Part shown: piece after piece, positions 51,718 to 64,000 of the stretch
Position numbering within the stretch: position 1 is the first letter of the stretch
How the letters are laid out: the number at the start of each line of letters is the position of its first letter
Assembly (NCBI GenBank): GCA_020536535.1
Contig: JAHLWZ010000790.1
Location: forward strand, 248,001 to 312,000
Length of the DNA: 64,000 bases
DNA from: Pelomyxa schiedti
Lineage: Eukaryota; Protista; Evosea
Direction: 5' to 3'
Made by a program: the position numbers and the translations under genes
Notes under the pieces: model-generated
What the model saw: the letters and a program-made list of their open reading frames with translations, nothing else
What the model was told of the DNA's origin: nothing
The model's database searches: none

Positions 51718-54538
51718 TTACTCAAGCAGCCACCTTTGGAGCCAAGCGAGTACTTGCTCGTGCCAGTAAAGGCTGTTGTTGGGATCCTGAACCCAGTGGT
51801 TTTCGTCAGGGAAGCGGATGAGCACTGAAGGTATTCCCTTGCGTTGAAGAACAGTGAACGCGGAAATGCCGGAAACATCGGGAATACGGAAGTCCATCCC
51901 ACCGTGGAATGTGAGTTGCGGTGTTACCATGTTGGCAGCATAGGCCATTGGTGACCACTGAAATACCAAAGTCAGAGACATGTGAATAGGGTTTGGAACT
52001 GTACCTTGTCGTAGTATGTTCGGTCAATGTAGGGAGCACCCTAAGAGTGGGAAATAAATTAGATGCCGCGGAAAAAAAAGGGGGGTCATACTCCGAATTC
52101 CATTTCATCAAAGTACAATTCATCTGTGTAGTAGTACTCGCTGAGAGGATCGAAGACACCATCGTGGCAAATTAAACACTTGTACCTGTCAGTCTTCCGG
52201 AGTTAGTTTTTCGTTCTCACAACCAAGTGGCTTACTTGGCTGTTAAGCCAGTTAATCATGAACCCTCCATAGGATGCGCCCATAGCACCAGCATTATTTA
52301 TGTCTATCCATGAGAAAGATGTACCAACAGCATCCAGTCCCAGCATAACGTCTTGGTATGGCTTTCCTCCCCACTCCTTCAAGATAGCTTGTTCAAAGGC
52401 ATCACCAAAGGAGGAGCTTCCGTGGGGGTTCACAGCAAATACAGCGTAGCCTAATGGTGAGGTTAATTGGATTTATCACTTTCTAGTGAAGAAACCTGCG
52501 CCGGCAATTGTTTGTGGGTTCCACCTGTAATGGAATTCATCAAGCCAAGAATCTTCAGGACCACCATGAATGTACATGACAAGAGGGTATTGGGTTCCCT
52601 CAACCCATCCATAGGGCTAAAGACCCTTAGAAAAGGAAAAGGAGTATCACGTGCGAACCTTGAAGACCCACCCCTGGACGTCATCACCATCAGCTCCTGT
52701 AAAGTGGTACTCAATTGGGTCACTGAATTCTTGGCGGGCGTTAGAAAGGGTGTAGAAGAAACTGAAACACACCGATTTCACTTAGGGCCTCTGTGTTGAA
52801 ACTAGTAAGTTGAGTAAGGCTTCCAGACTAAAAAGAGGTTAACAATTGACAAGAGTTGTGTGTAGGCGTACAGAAGAGGTAATGTAGATTTCAGTTGGGT
52901 GAGTCAAACTGTGCATAGCGAAGAGGAAGCATGTGGCTGCTGGCTTGTCCAGGCAAGGAAGAACCTCGAAACCCTGCTAGATGGTTAATTAACTGTAATG
53001 TATTTAGAAACCAAAGAACCTCATTGAAATGGTCGGAAATGAGTGTTGTAACTGTGCCAGTGGGAACGAGAATCGAGAAGATTTGCTGGCGTGCGTGATA
53101 TTGTCCTGTAGCGTAAATATACTTGCTGTCTGTACTCCACACAAGGCTGCTGGGAGAAACACCATCCCATGCCTCAGTAATTGTGGTGAAGGTCTTGGAG
53201 GTTCGGTCATAAAGTGTCACACGAAGTCTAGATTTACTGTGAAATTCGGGTGGCTACACTGCTTTAAAATACCGGTCACTCTCATATTGTGGAATGACCA
53301 TCGCTCCATAGGCCAAATATTTACCATCTGGAGAATAGCTTGGCATGGTGTCGGAGGCGGTGTTGCTGCATGTGAGGCACTGCAGGAGTGAGACATAGGA
53401 TGATGATTGCCAGCTTACCGTATAGGAAAGAGAACTTAGTTGCATGATATAAACATTCAGATCTGTTGACCAGGCAATATCATCACCAACCTGGGAGGTG
53501 AAAGCAATCTCCTTCTTATCTGGGCTGAAACTAAACTCCTCGGAGCCACCTGGAACTTCCGTCAACGAAGATACAAAGGAGGACTTCTGAGAACCAAATG
53601 GGCGAGATGGGCAGTCACTTGCCCAGTTCAACATCAAGTCTGTAGCAGTACCAATTTGCCATTGGCTGAGGCCGGAGTTATAGCTTAGCTAGGAAAAGAG
53701 TCAGTTTCAACTCAGTAGTTTAAAAAAAGCATACAGCCGCAACGAACACGTGGTTATACTTGCCCTCCCACCAGGTGTCCCACCGTCGGATAAAGAGCTT
53801 GTCCCAATATTGAGCATTAACGCGAGAGGCAGCTACTGCGGCATCTTGTGCAGCAGTCTCCTTCATTGAAAGACCGGGGTAGATTTGTGCTGAAAAGCCA
53901 ATCATGCTGCTGTCTACGTTCAACTTGGCATTATCGATACTAACAGGGAAGCTGCTGATCTAAAGGGATCACCACAGTCAGACCAGACTTATCTAAAAAT
54001 GCACATGCCTGGTAAGGGGTACCAACAACTTTGTTCTTCAGAGATACACCCCACAATTGGACTGATCCACTGCGGTCAGACAAGAACAGCAAGTGGGATT
54101 GAGTTGTGGTGAACATGTAGTTGTAGTCCTTTGGAAGTGGAAGAAAAAAAGAGTTAAATGGTAAGCATTAAAAAAAAAATAATCACTTACAGTGACACCG
54201 TCCATGGGGATCAGGGGAGTTACTGCACCACCAGAGGTTGCTCCAAAATACAGGTTGTATGTAATCACGTTGGTAGTTTCATTCCACGTCCTCAAGTTAA
54301 ACGCATAGGTATTGCCTTTCAAAGTTGTGAGGGTTATTTTCACGGTTTTGTAATCGCTTTTAAACGCAGTGGCATTCCAAAGAATTCCCACCAACAAAGA
54401 TGATTATGGGAGAAAACACGCACTGGATGGGTCGAGGGCGGGATCGCCGACTCGCTCCATGGTGACCAAGTCATCGGGCGTGAAATTGCGTGCAGCAACT
54501 AGGCACAATGCCACAGACAAAAGCAACAAAAACCGCAT
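51718..54538 (-). CDS. Secreted S9-family peptidase (dipeptidyl-peptidase V / prolyl oligopeptidase)
   Basis: Signal peptide MRFLLLLSVALCLVAA. Motifs: LFIRRWDTW, VHGGPE, NPHGSSSFG, nucleophile GASYGG, FHGGMDFRIP, FPDENHWV. Confidence 0.93.
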
Positions 54539-54940
54539 TCTACAGTGAACCAACTCCCTTGGGGTGTTCTCTGATTGATTTTTCTTGGTAGAAGGAAAGG
54601 AAAATACCCTTTTTCAGTGGCCACTGGTTATTTTTTTGGGGGCCCCCAAAAGGGTCAAATGTGCCCGAGATTTCTCACAGAAACAAGCATAGAACCAGAC
54701 GGGTCTGTCCGGCGGTTCTAAAAAATTTACATCCAGAACACTTGAACTGAAATCTCTCAAACTTTTTTGGAGAAGTTTCTCCCGGCGAACTATTGCCTGA
54801 TGAAGTAACACCACAAAAAGGTGCATTCGGTGTTCTCTCCAAAAGAGTCTCTGCTGTCAAACATCTAGGCGAAGAGACCGTAAAACTGTTGAAAGAAAAA
54901 GAGAAAAAAAAACAAAAACAAGAGGGCAGATCTCGGCAAA

Positions 54941-57342
54941 ATGCAGCAGCCGTTCCTGGACGCTTATCACCTGGGCTGTGCAATACCATCCCAATGCAAC
55001 TATATTGTGAGGACAGTGACTCCGCATTCATCCGAAGAAGTGTGTACTTTTTCCTCTTGGTTTGGGTGTTTTCCTCACAGAACCACCTCTAAACCGCCCT
55101 ATCAGCGCAAAAGAGTTCAAGAGGAAACCGACTACAACGTATTCAATTTCCCCAGTGATTTGCTCATTTGTGATTTCCTGACTGACAGTGGAGTCACAGC
55201 AATGACTGATGTCCAATGGGCTTCCCTCTTCCGAGGGTACTACAAACTCACGACACAAAAATCCCATCTCTTAATCTTTTTTTCCGCAGAGATGAGGCCT
55301 ATGGTATCTCACTGCTTATCTTGACTATGTGTATTTGACATACCCACCTTCAGGGAGAAATCACGGCTACTTCGCCCTCCTTGCTGCAGTCAGAGACGTT
55401 TTTGAAAGGGGGACGGAAAACCCCAACAAGCTTGTTAGTAACTTGACTATTGACGAGCCAACGTAAGAGCGCCAACAAAGGCAACTACTTTTAACTTTTT
55501 TTTCCCCACAGTGCAATTGCTGCAATTATGGACGAGGTTTCAAATCCTCCTAGTGGGGGATTCGTAAATGGTACTTTGTGCAATGTGCTTTGAATAGACC
55601 CAAATGTATAAAAAGGTGGAGTACACCAACTCGTGAGGCCAAACTTCTTCCTTGTACCCCAAGCAAGGTGTGCTGAAGCTATCATATTCCCAACTATCAA
55701 GGACATTGTCACACAAGTGGGAATAAAGGTTCCCAAAACCATGCTCTCTTCCCCTGAGGCAGTGTCTTGGAAGGTACCTCTTCCATCTAAAAATTGCCTG
55801 CCCATTTGAAGTAACCTTGAACCTTTTTTTTTGGTAGGCAGAGAGTTTCGCTTATTCTGGACCCACCTATTGTATAGCCAGCAATGGGTTCTTTGATACA
55901 ACTGCAGCTCATGTGTCTGCTGCTGGATTCGAAGCTATAAACCTGGTCACACCGAACATACTGCAACAACTAGAAGGCACTCCCTCTGGGAAAAATCACT
56001 TTTTGGTAAATAAAATGCTCCTCTAGCTTTAACACTTTAACACAAGACAGGGTAATTTGGACCTTAACCTTATGCAAGATTTGATTGCCAAAAGAGGACC
56101 CGAGTTGGTGATGGTAATACTTACTATCACAAATAATACTTCTGCTGGCCAACCCGTTTCCATGAAAAATATCCGGCTCACTTCTGAATTGTGCCACAGA
56201 CATAACGTACCACTTATTTTCGATGCTGGCCGATTTGCTGAAAATATCTACTTCATTAGAAAGGTAAGATGCCCGAAGGTCTTTCACAACAAATGAAACT
56301 TTCTATAGTACGAGCCTGGGTACTCGACCTGCTCTACGTACCAAATTGCTCGTGAAATGTTTTCTTATTGCGATGGGTAACATTGATTCTCTTCCTCCTA
56401 GCATCTCATCGAGGCAATTTCTCCTTTTTTTGGCGGGGTGTAAAATTAGGTTCATTTTTGGAGCGAAGAGAGACGCTCTTTCCAATATCGGAGGATTCTT
56501 CTGTTTCCGCGATAAGGGGTTGTTTCATCAGAAGTTCTCCGTAGGTGGAAAAGATGTTGGTGTAATCCTGAAGGAGAAACAAATTCTGAATTATGGAAAT
56601 GACAGGTACTTCTCCAAGGTATTCATCTTTATCCTAATTTTTATCAGTTATGGTGGCGTAAGTGGTCGTGAGATTATGGCCATTGCAAGTGGTTTGTATC
56701 AGGTGATGCAGCCTGACTACCTTGAGCGTCGTGTCGAACAAGTTGGGGGTCTTGCACTTGGAATGAAGAATGCCGGTGTTGCTGGCGTCATAATGCCTAC
56801 TGCTGGTCATGCAGTATATTTGGATATGAACAAGTTCTTTGAGGGTACCGGAAGAGAGGTCTCAGAATTTGGAGGATTAGGATTTGTTATAGAACTTATC
56901 AGGCTCTATGGCATAAGGTACCAGCTTCCAACGAGTTACGGTATTCACCTCACACAGGGCCTGTGAACTCGGTCCCTTCGCGTTTGAGTGGGACTTGAAG
57001 CCAGAAGCCGAACAGGCAAACATGTTCAACTTTGTCAGGTTGTCTGATGGCTATCTTCCAAAGCTCCAACTAAACATTTCTTCAGATTTGCCATCCCAAG
57101 GAACATGTACAATGAAGAACACATACAATACACCATCTCCTGCGTTTCTGAGCTGTACCGTAACAGGGAACGCATCCCCAAGGTCTGTCTCTGAGCAATA
57201 GCATAACAAAAAAAAAAAAAAAGCACCTTACACCTTCCAGGTGGCGCTGTCGTACGGCAAGAATTTAAGGCTCAGACACATGCACTGTGGTATCAAGCCC
57301 ACCTACCACAATGGAGAACTGCACTCAGACCTAGCACTATAA
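54941..57342 (+). CDS. Tryptophanase / tyrosine phenol-lyase family protein with a substituted PLP lysine (AKRD)
   Basis: Motifs: DFLTDSG, G|DEAYG, FFDTT, TITNNTSAGQPVSM, DAGRFAEN, YGGVSGRE, GHAVYLD, YGIR.CELG, VRFAIPR. The canonical S(A/G)KKD motif reads GAKRD. Confidence 0.88.
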
Positions 57343-57451
57343 ACACCAGGCTTGACAACTTTTTTTGAAAAACCCAACGGGGAATTCTCAACATTTTTGT
57401 ACCCAAACTATTACATTCCTTTTATTGTTGCGTAAAAACTGCTTTGGCATG

Positions 57452-60400
57452 CTACAGAGCAGACAACACAACCAGGCCTAGCAGAAGAACAGGGGATAAA
57501 GTTAACAAGCAGGAGGAAGTGGAAGTCTCTGATGTGCTGGTCTTGTGCCCACCAGAGTCGCTTTCAGTGTAGCTCACAATGGTGCTGATGCTTTGTTGTG
57601 ATGAGCACTTGTTTGTGGGGTCGTACTCAAAAGGCCCAAGGTCATAGTTGGTGCCATACTTGGGGTCACAGACCTGGTTCCAGGTTTTGAGGATAGTAGG
57701 AACGGAACCGCTGGGACATACACTAAACAAGTTGAGCAGAGTCACAAGCCCACTGGGAAGACTGGAAGTTCCTTGGTCAATCAAGGCAGTAGTGACTTCA
57801 AACGCGGAAGCATCAAACTGCCTTACGCGGTAGAGGGCATCTTGAGTGAATAAATTTTAGGTCAGAGAGACCGGGAGGGTGTAGAACTACCGCCTGAAGT
57901 GTTGCATGTGGTATCGTAAGGTCCATAGCCAGGGTTAAATGATAACGCCGTTGTCTCCCAAGCAGGGAAGTCAACATGGAGGTCGTTGAATGTGGGGTAC
58001 GGAACCCACCCATTTGAATCTTGTACAACAACTACACCCGGCTTCCACACCTTTGAGCATTTGTCAGGGAAAGTTTAAGTGCTGTGAGAGTACGGTGCGA
58101 TTCCAGCCCGCATGCCAGTATAGGTTATTATCCAAAAATATGAAATTTGGTTCCACTTCACCCACCTGGGCACTTTCAGAAAATGCATAAAACTCAGAAT
58201 CAAGAAAAACATCTGGGTTCCGGCTTCAGTGAAAATTGTGTGATGGGTACACACTATTCTTAATGAAAGTATCGCCGGATTGAGAACTCCGTTTTCCACC
58301 AAGGGAGTAACCAGTCAAAGACCCAATTATGAGATTGTTGTATATATAATTGTCTGTAGAGCATTGAAAAAGAAAAAATACTGTGAGGAAGAAAGAATAC
58401 CACTATCTTCCCATAGCATGTACATTGTCACACCAACATCTTGATTATTGTAAGCAATGTTGCGATACCAGGCAACGCCGCCGACGTGGTCAGTATACCA
58501 TCCAAACCCTGCACACAAGATGAAAACCAAAGAAAGGTATTAAGTATCTTCATACCACCATAACCACGCCCACCCCATAGTTTTCTGTTGAAACTGGGAT
58601 ATGTCCATCCAAAACTGTGAAATGTTAGTTGACAGGGAAATCCCCATGTCTTCACACCTGTTCAAACAAGTGTTTTCTGTAATCAAAATATCTCGCCAAA
58701 CGTGGCTCTCAGATGGACTCCAGAACTTTAGGCACCCACAGTCCGCATTGGAACAACAAGGTTGGTTCCATGTATTTCCTCGTACTAATACTTGTCCTGT
58801 TGTTATCTTCACAAATTAAACTAAGACAAAAAAAAAAAAAAAAAAAGAAAACCCAAACCTCAGAGCCAGAAGATGCAGAGTAAGAAATTTGAAACCCATT
58901 GTGAGACACTCTCGTTATGTTATTGTCCAGAATATAAAGGTACTTTATTTTGCTTAGTGTGGGGGGAAAAAAATAAGCCAACCTTGGGGTTAGAAAATGC
59001 AGATCCGACCCGATTTTCACCATCGCAGTTGAAGCCCATATCATGAAAGTTAGATCTCTGAACAATGAAGTTTTTAATTCCCACCCTGTAGAACTGAGCA
59101 ATGGGAAAATCAAGGAGACGAAACCTTGGGAAAGTAGCTGGATTGTAAAGAGAAATGCCTTGTGAGTCAATGTTTCCCACCTCACAATCTCTGAAGTCAG
59201 TTGGTAAGTGGGATTCCCTCAACATTTTGTTAATACGTAAATGTCCAGTGCTCCATGTAGTTTGTGTCAGTTGCACAGCCGTGGGATACTGCAAGCCCAA
59301 AATTGCAATACTGTATATTGCAATTGCTAACAAGAACTAAGAGTGTACAAAAAACTCACACAATCACCTAATAGTAACATAGCCGGAATAGCCAGAGCCA
59401 ACGTTCCATCCTCCATTCTCGGATATGCCACTATCCTCAAATAACATGATGTTAAAGCCTTGAATTTTGATATAGGAATGCCCAGATAAAATAAAGCCCT
59501 TCTTGGTGCTGTTTGATACAGATATCTCCTCAACTTAGATCGAGAAATTCTTACGAAAACTACTTCAATTTTGCTCCAATCTATCGATCCAGAAATCTTG
59601 AAGTAAAGCTTTTTTGCCACGGCATCAAAGAAGTATTCACCTAGAAAGTGTCATCCAAAAAAGAAAAGTTTGTGTAGAGGGTATACCATTAGTGTCAAGA
59701 TACTCTAGCTTGTCTTCCACATACCTGCATATTGTTAGGTACTTCTTAAAAAGCTAACTCCCTACCATGCAGAGTACAACCCAAGAGTCGGAGTTTCTCC
59801 ATCAAATAAGCAATCCCTGGCAAATTGTCGATTGAAAATGCGACAGTGGTAAAACGGTACTTATTTACAGTAATGGACTGTGTTGCGATGTTTCGACTTA
59901 CAATTTTCCTCTTGTATATGTAGTGCCCGCTGTTGCAGTCTTGTTTGTGTGTTATTTTGGCAATAGAGAAAAAATCATACCAGAGACATAAATCGTGGAG
60001 TTAATCGGGTCAGAGTATGTGTTAAACCGAGGATCAATCAACTGGGTTGCGGACCTGCAATTGCTTGGCAAAACAAAGAGAATTACCGCCAGTACCTGGT
60101 GGCTAGGTCACATGAACTTCCATTTACTGCAGGAATACAGGTAGGAATTGAGGACCCACCATTAGCTTGCTCCCAATACTCTGTAAACCTCCAAATTTCA
60201 TCGACTTTATAGTTTGGATCACGTGCAATGTGATATCTCTGAGTAACAGTATGGTGGCCTGATGCTGAAGAGCCTGAAACAGCCACCATAAACCGCGGTG
60301 TGGTAGAAAAATAGTTGGAAGTATCAGCAACATATACATCAGAAGCGAAACTCTGTAGAAATTTGTTGAAGGAAACGTGAAATATGACACATACCCCTCC

Positions 60401-61663
60401 AGCCTGTGTCCAAGTCAGAGTAGAGGCAGCAATTGAACCAAGCAAGAAGACATTTGAACCTGAGGCCGTAATAGTGACATCTTTTGCATTTTGCCCAGAC
60501 GGCGGTGTCAAACTAAATTCTCGATAAATACCATCTGAAACGTGTACAGCAGTTCCTGTTGAATGGAGTGAATAGCAGAACTTGTATTCGCATAGAAACC
60601 TGGTACACAACGATAGAGAGCTTCTGTAATTGTTTTCAGTTGAGCATCTAGAGATGTTCCGCTGTTTGCATCATTTCCAGATGCTGCAGATACAAACAAA
60701 TCTGATACAAAAGGAAGTATCACAGAGCAGGTGCTGCAAGACCACATGAACAAACAACTGGGAAAAAAAAAAGAAAGTACTAAAGCTTAAATGATCCAGA
60801 TGACGATGTGATTCCATCACTTTCTCCAAGTACTCCACAGCTAAAGTACAGGGCATACCTGCATCGCACATCATACTTGGAACCAAGTAGAAAATCAATT
60901 ACGGTTCAGAGTGTGTGACAGTTTTGTTGTGAACCAGGGTACCATCCACCCAGGTCTGGATGTTTGTGTCCTCCACGAATCCCAATGCTAATGTGTGGCT
61001 TCCCGTTGAAGGTATGGAAAAAGCAGATTGGTCAAAAAGCCAATTTCCTGGATATAAAATATATCTTTATATTTTTTTATGTTAAAAAGAAACGGTAAAG
61101 ACAGTCCTTGTTCTATACCCTGATCAGCCCACCTCAACATGGCCTTCAGTGAGCCGTCCACATCTTTGAATATACTCATCATGGCCAGTATACCCCAAGT
61201 GGGTCCCGAAATTTGTGCAATATTCACGCAAACGGCAGCTTGGTCCCACCAGTTGGCACTACTCGAGGCAGGCAAGTCCAAAGAAGACAAGTCAACGAGC
61301 TTTCAAGGAGTTGGAAAAAACCGCGTGGTGTGTGACAAAGACAGACAGCAGGCTATATATAGACATAGATGGAGATTTAGATACCATTTCCAAGTAAGCT
61401 TCCTTTGCGTGGGTGCCAATGTTGTTTGACGAGTAGTAAGCCGACGCGTCTCCCGACACGTCCAACTCCACGTTGGACCCTGCGTGCAACGTGGTGTACG
61501 TCGACTGTCCGCCAAAGGACCAAGGAGTAGGGGGCGAAGAGGCCGAGCTCAACGTGGAAAGATCCAAAGTGAGCACCGAGGTGTCTGGCCCCAGTCCTCC
61601 GTTGGAGTACGTGAAACAGTCAACAACGCTCGCCGCTAGACACAACACCCACAACAACCGCAT
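57452..61663 (-). CDS. Large secreted or GPI-anchored right-handed parallel beta-helix (pectin-lyase-like) protein
   Basis: Signal peptide MRLLWVLCLAA. DLFVSAASGNDANSGTS..LKTI (DUF1565-like), VHVSDGIYRE, beta-helix repeats (ILDNNI, VRGNT, ITENT, YRNIAYNN), IDQG..DLGPFEY, S/T-rich spacer and hydrophobic C-terminus. Confidence 0.8.
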
Positions 61664-61929
61664 CCGCCGAATCGGGATTGTAATGATGTTATGGGAAACC
61701 ACCTGGAGCAGAAGCCTCTTTTCGAGATGGTTTCTCTGCCCCTGAACTCGAGCTGCCTGCGATGATGCGTTCCTGAAACTAGTAAACACTACCTCATGTG
61801 ATTGGAACGTTTGATTAGAGTTCATTCCTTGGGGTGACAGGCCCAACTTAAAACTCCTACGATCACTTCTGCAGCTTTTTTCCATAAAAAAACCTTTCCT
61901 TTTTAAAAAATAAACTGCCTTGATTCGGC

Positions 61930-64000
61930 ATGTCACACTTCGAGGTTGGAAGCCGTACATTACAATACAAATCATAGGCTGTTGTTTGAATACTCAAACG
62001 TGGTTTTTGGTTTTATTTTTCCAGAGTGATTACGCCGATGACGAAAACCTCGAAGCCACTATAGCTGTTGGCAATTCCTCCTTTTTTGGGCGGGTCTTCA
62101 TACGTTACCTGGTCCAATCCTTCTAACACGAGATGTTAACAGAGAATAGCCGAACTGGAAATACTTGAGGCAGCAACAACCCGCACCCAAACAGAACCCG
62201 ATTCGGCCGATTTCGCTGATTTCCCAGAGCCAACTCAGGCGACCACAACTTCCTCTTCGTTGTCTACAGCAATTTTGAATACCACTGAACCACTTCCGGA
62301 AATTGAGATACACTTTGACACGACAGACGACACCCCCCCTCCTTTGCCTCCTCCACTTCATCGGACCAGCTCTTTAGTGGCCACGGCCCCTCCTCTCAAT
62401 CAATCAACACGAAGACCTCCCCCGCCGGTACCGGATGAGGCTCCTTTCGATATTACATCGGATGTCTCTTCTTCGGAGGTTCCCAGTGAGGATGAACCTT
62501 TGACATTAAAAGAAATGACCTCTCGGCTAGCAAGCTTCAAGGATCTCTTGTGTGTTATTTTCCTCCAAAACTGTCTGTAGAAAAGCTTACACGTACAAAG
62601 AAATGCCCCTTCAACAGCAGAAACTGAGAGGGCTCTTACAGAACTCTATGAAAACGGTATTTCCAAGCTTCAAGAGCGTGTAACTGTGCTTATAAATCAA
62701 GTATGTTAACTTATTGTAGCCTTTGCCATCCTCACCCCCTTCAGTATGTTGACAGTCCTACAATGCTTCAAGACTTGATGCTACTTTATGAGCAAGTTGA
62801 TGTGATACAAACCCAGTGGCAGAACAGGCAGCAGCAAGGGGAAACAGCAAGTGAAGTGATTCGCTCTTCCATCCACATGGTCAGCTTATTTTTTCTTTTT
62901 CCATAAACAAGCACTCACAAAAATTAGGTGGAAACACAACCACTCATCGACCTCCCTGAACAAAATTCAACTGCCTATATAACTACTCCGTTTTCTGGAA
63001 CTTCTTCGACATCATCTTCATCCACAACTTCATCTTCATCTGCAGCTGTATCTACACCCCCAGGCACTAGTACAAGAAGTTCTTCTCTTCTCAAGCAAGT
63101 GCAAATCAATGATGCAGAACCGGAAGAACCTGTATTAAATCCCTTTCTTGCATTTCAGCTCACTCGAGAAGCTACCAGATATATCCTGTCCAATTTGTAT
63201 GGACGATGTGAAAGGATCTCTCTGCTACAGGCTTCGAGAGTGCAAACATCAGTACTGTGTAAATGTAAAAGTCTACTTCCATGAACCACCCCAACTTTTA
63301 CTCAGTGCTTTGATGACTACTTGTCAACCTTGATAAAAGATGGTAAAGTTTTGGATATTAAGTGTCCCAACCCCACGTGTACTGCTGTTGTCAGCTACCA
63401 TGATGTATGCCAAAAAAAAAAGTTTCAGTGCCAATAAAACTCTGGATACAGGTCTCTGTGCTCATTGAAAATGATGAGCTATTTGCAAAATATGAAGAGT
63501 TTTTGTTCCTCGCTGCTCTAAAAGCTGAGCCAGGCCTTCGTTGGTGTCCAAAGTGTGTGCCCTGGTTTCTTTCTTTTTAATTACTCTTTCAAGACCGGGT
63601 TGTGGAAATGCCATGATTGGTTCTGAAGATGATCCACGCATGGTTTGCAACAAGCCTGGGTGTGGCTACGAGTTCTGTTTCAAATGCAATGAAGAGGCAT
63701 TCCCTCATCACTGATGTTCTTGTTTTGTCATGACTTTCCCTTAGTGGCATACTGGAACTTGTGAAGATCTCCAGAAATGGAAACTTGAGAACGGCACGGC
63801 AGATAAAAAGTAAACCCATTTGGCATGTGGCGTTCGGTTTAATTCCTTTAAAGGTATGCAGAATGGGCCAAACAACATACTAAGGCTTGTCCGAAGTGCA
63901 AAGCGAAAATAGAAAAGAATGCTGGTTGCAACCATATGTTCTCTTCCATTCTTAGGTCTATTCTTTCTGAAACCATTAGGACCTGTGTCAACTGCCATTA
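61930..64000 (+). CDS. RBR (RING-IBR-RING) E3 ubiquitin ligase with N-terminal UIM-like and GAT-like regions (runs off the window)
   Basis: RING1: [25 protein letters not shown]: LRWCPK|[19 protein letters not shown]2: [20 protein letters not shown]|TC. Confidence 0.9.

Overview
Compact, very intron-rich eukaryotic genomic DNA with about 25 protein-coding genes, mostly in alternating orientation. Introns are mostly about 38-60 nt, with degenerate GT/GC donors and frequent AAG acceptors. Gene content (MIT-LIM-arrestin, DEP-containing RasGEF, CnrN-like PTEN) suggests Amoebozoa, possibly an anaerobic archamoeba such as Pelomyxa; this is inference. No rRNA, tRNA, CRISPR array or transposon was recognised. 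All gene models were spliced by eye, so internal boundaries are approximate. Main findings: (1) an intron-containing, tail-anchored eukaryotic homologue of the bacterial OspF/SpvC phosphothreonine lyases (5414-6594, -). (2) A single-nucleotide exon (position 10050) that splits the Gly codon of the myotubularin catalytic motif HCSDGWDRT across three exons. (3) An archaeal-type IleRS carrying spliceosomal introns. (4) A tryptophanase-family protein whose PLP Schiff-base lysine is replaced by Arg. Several unusual domain architectures are also present.
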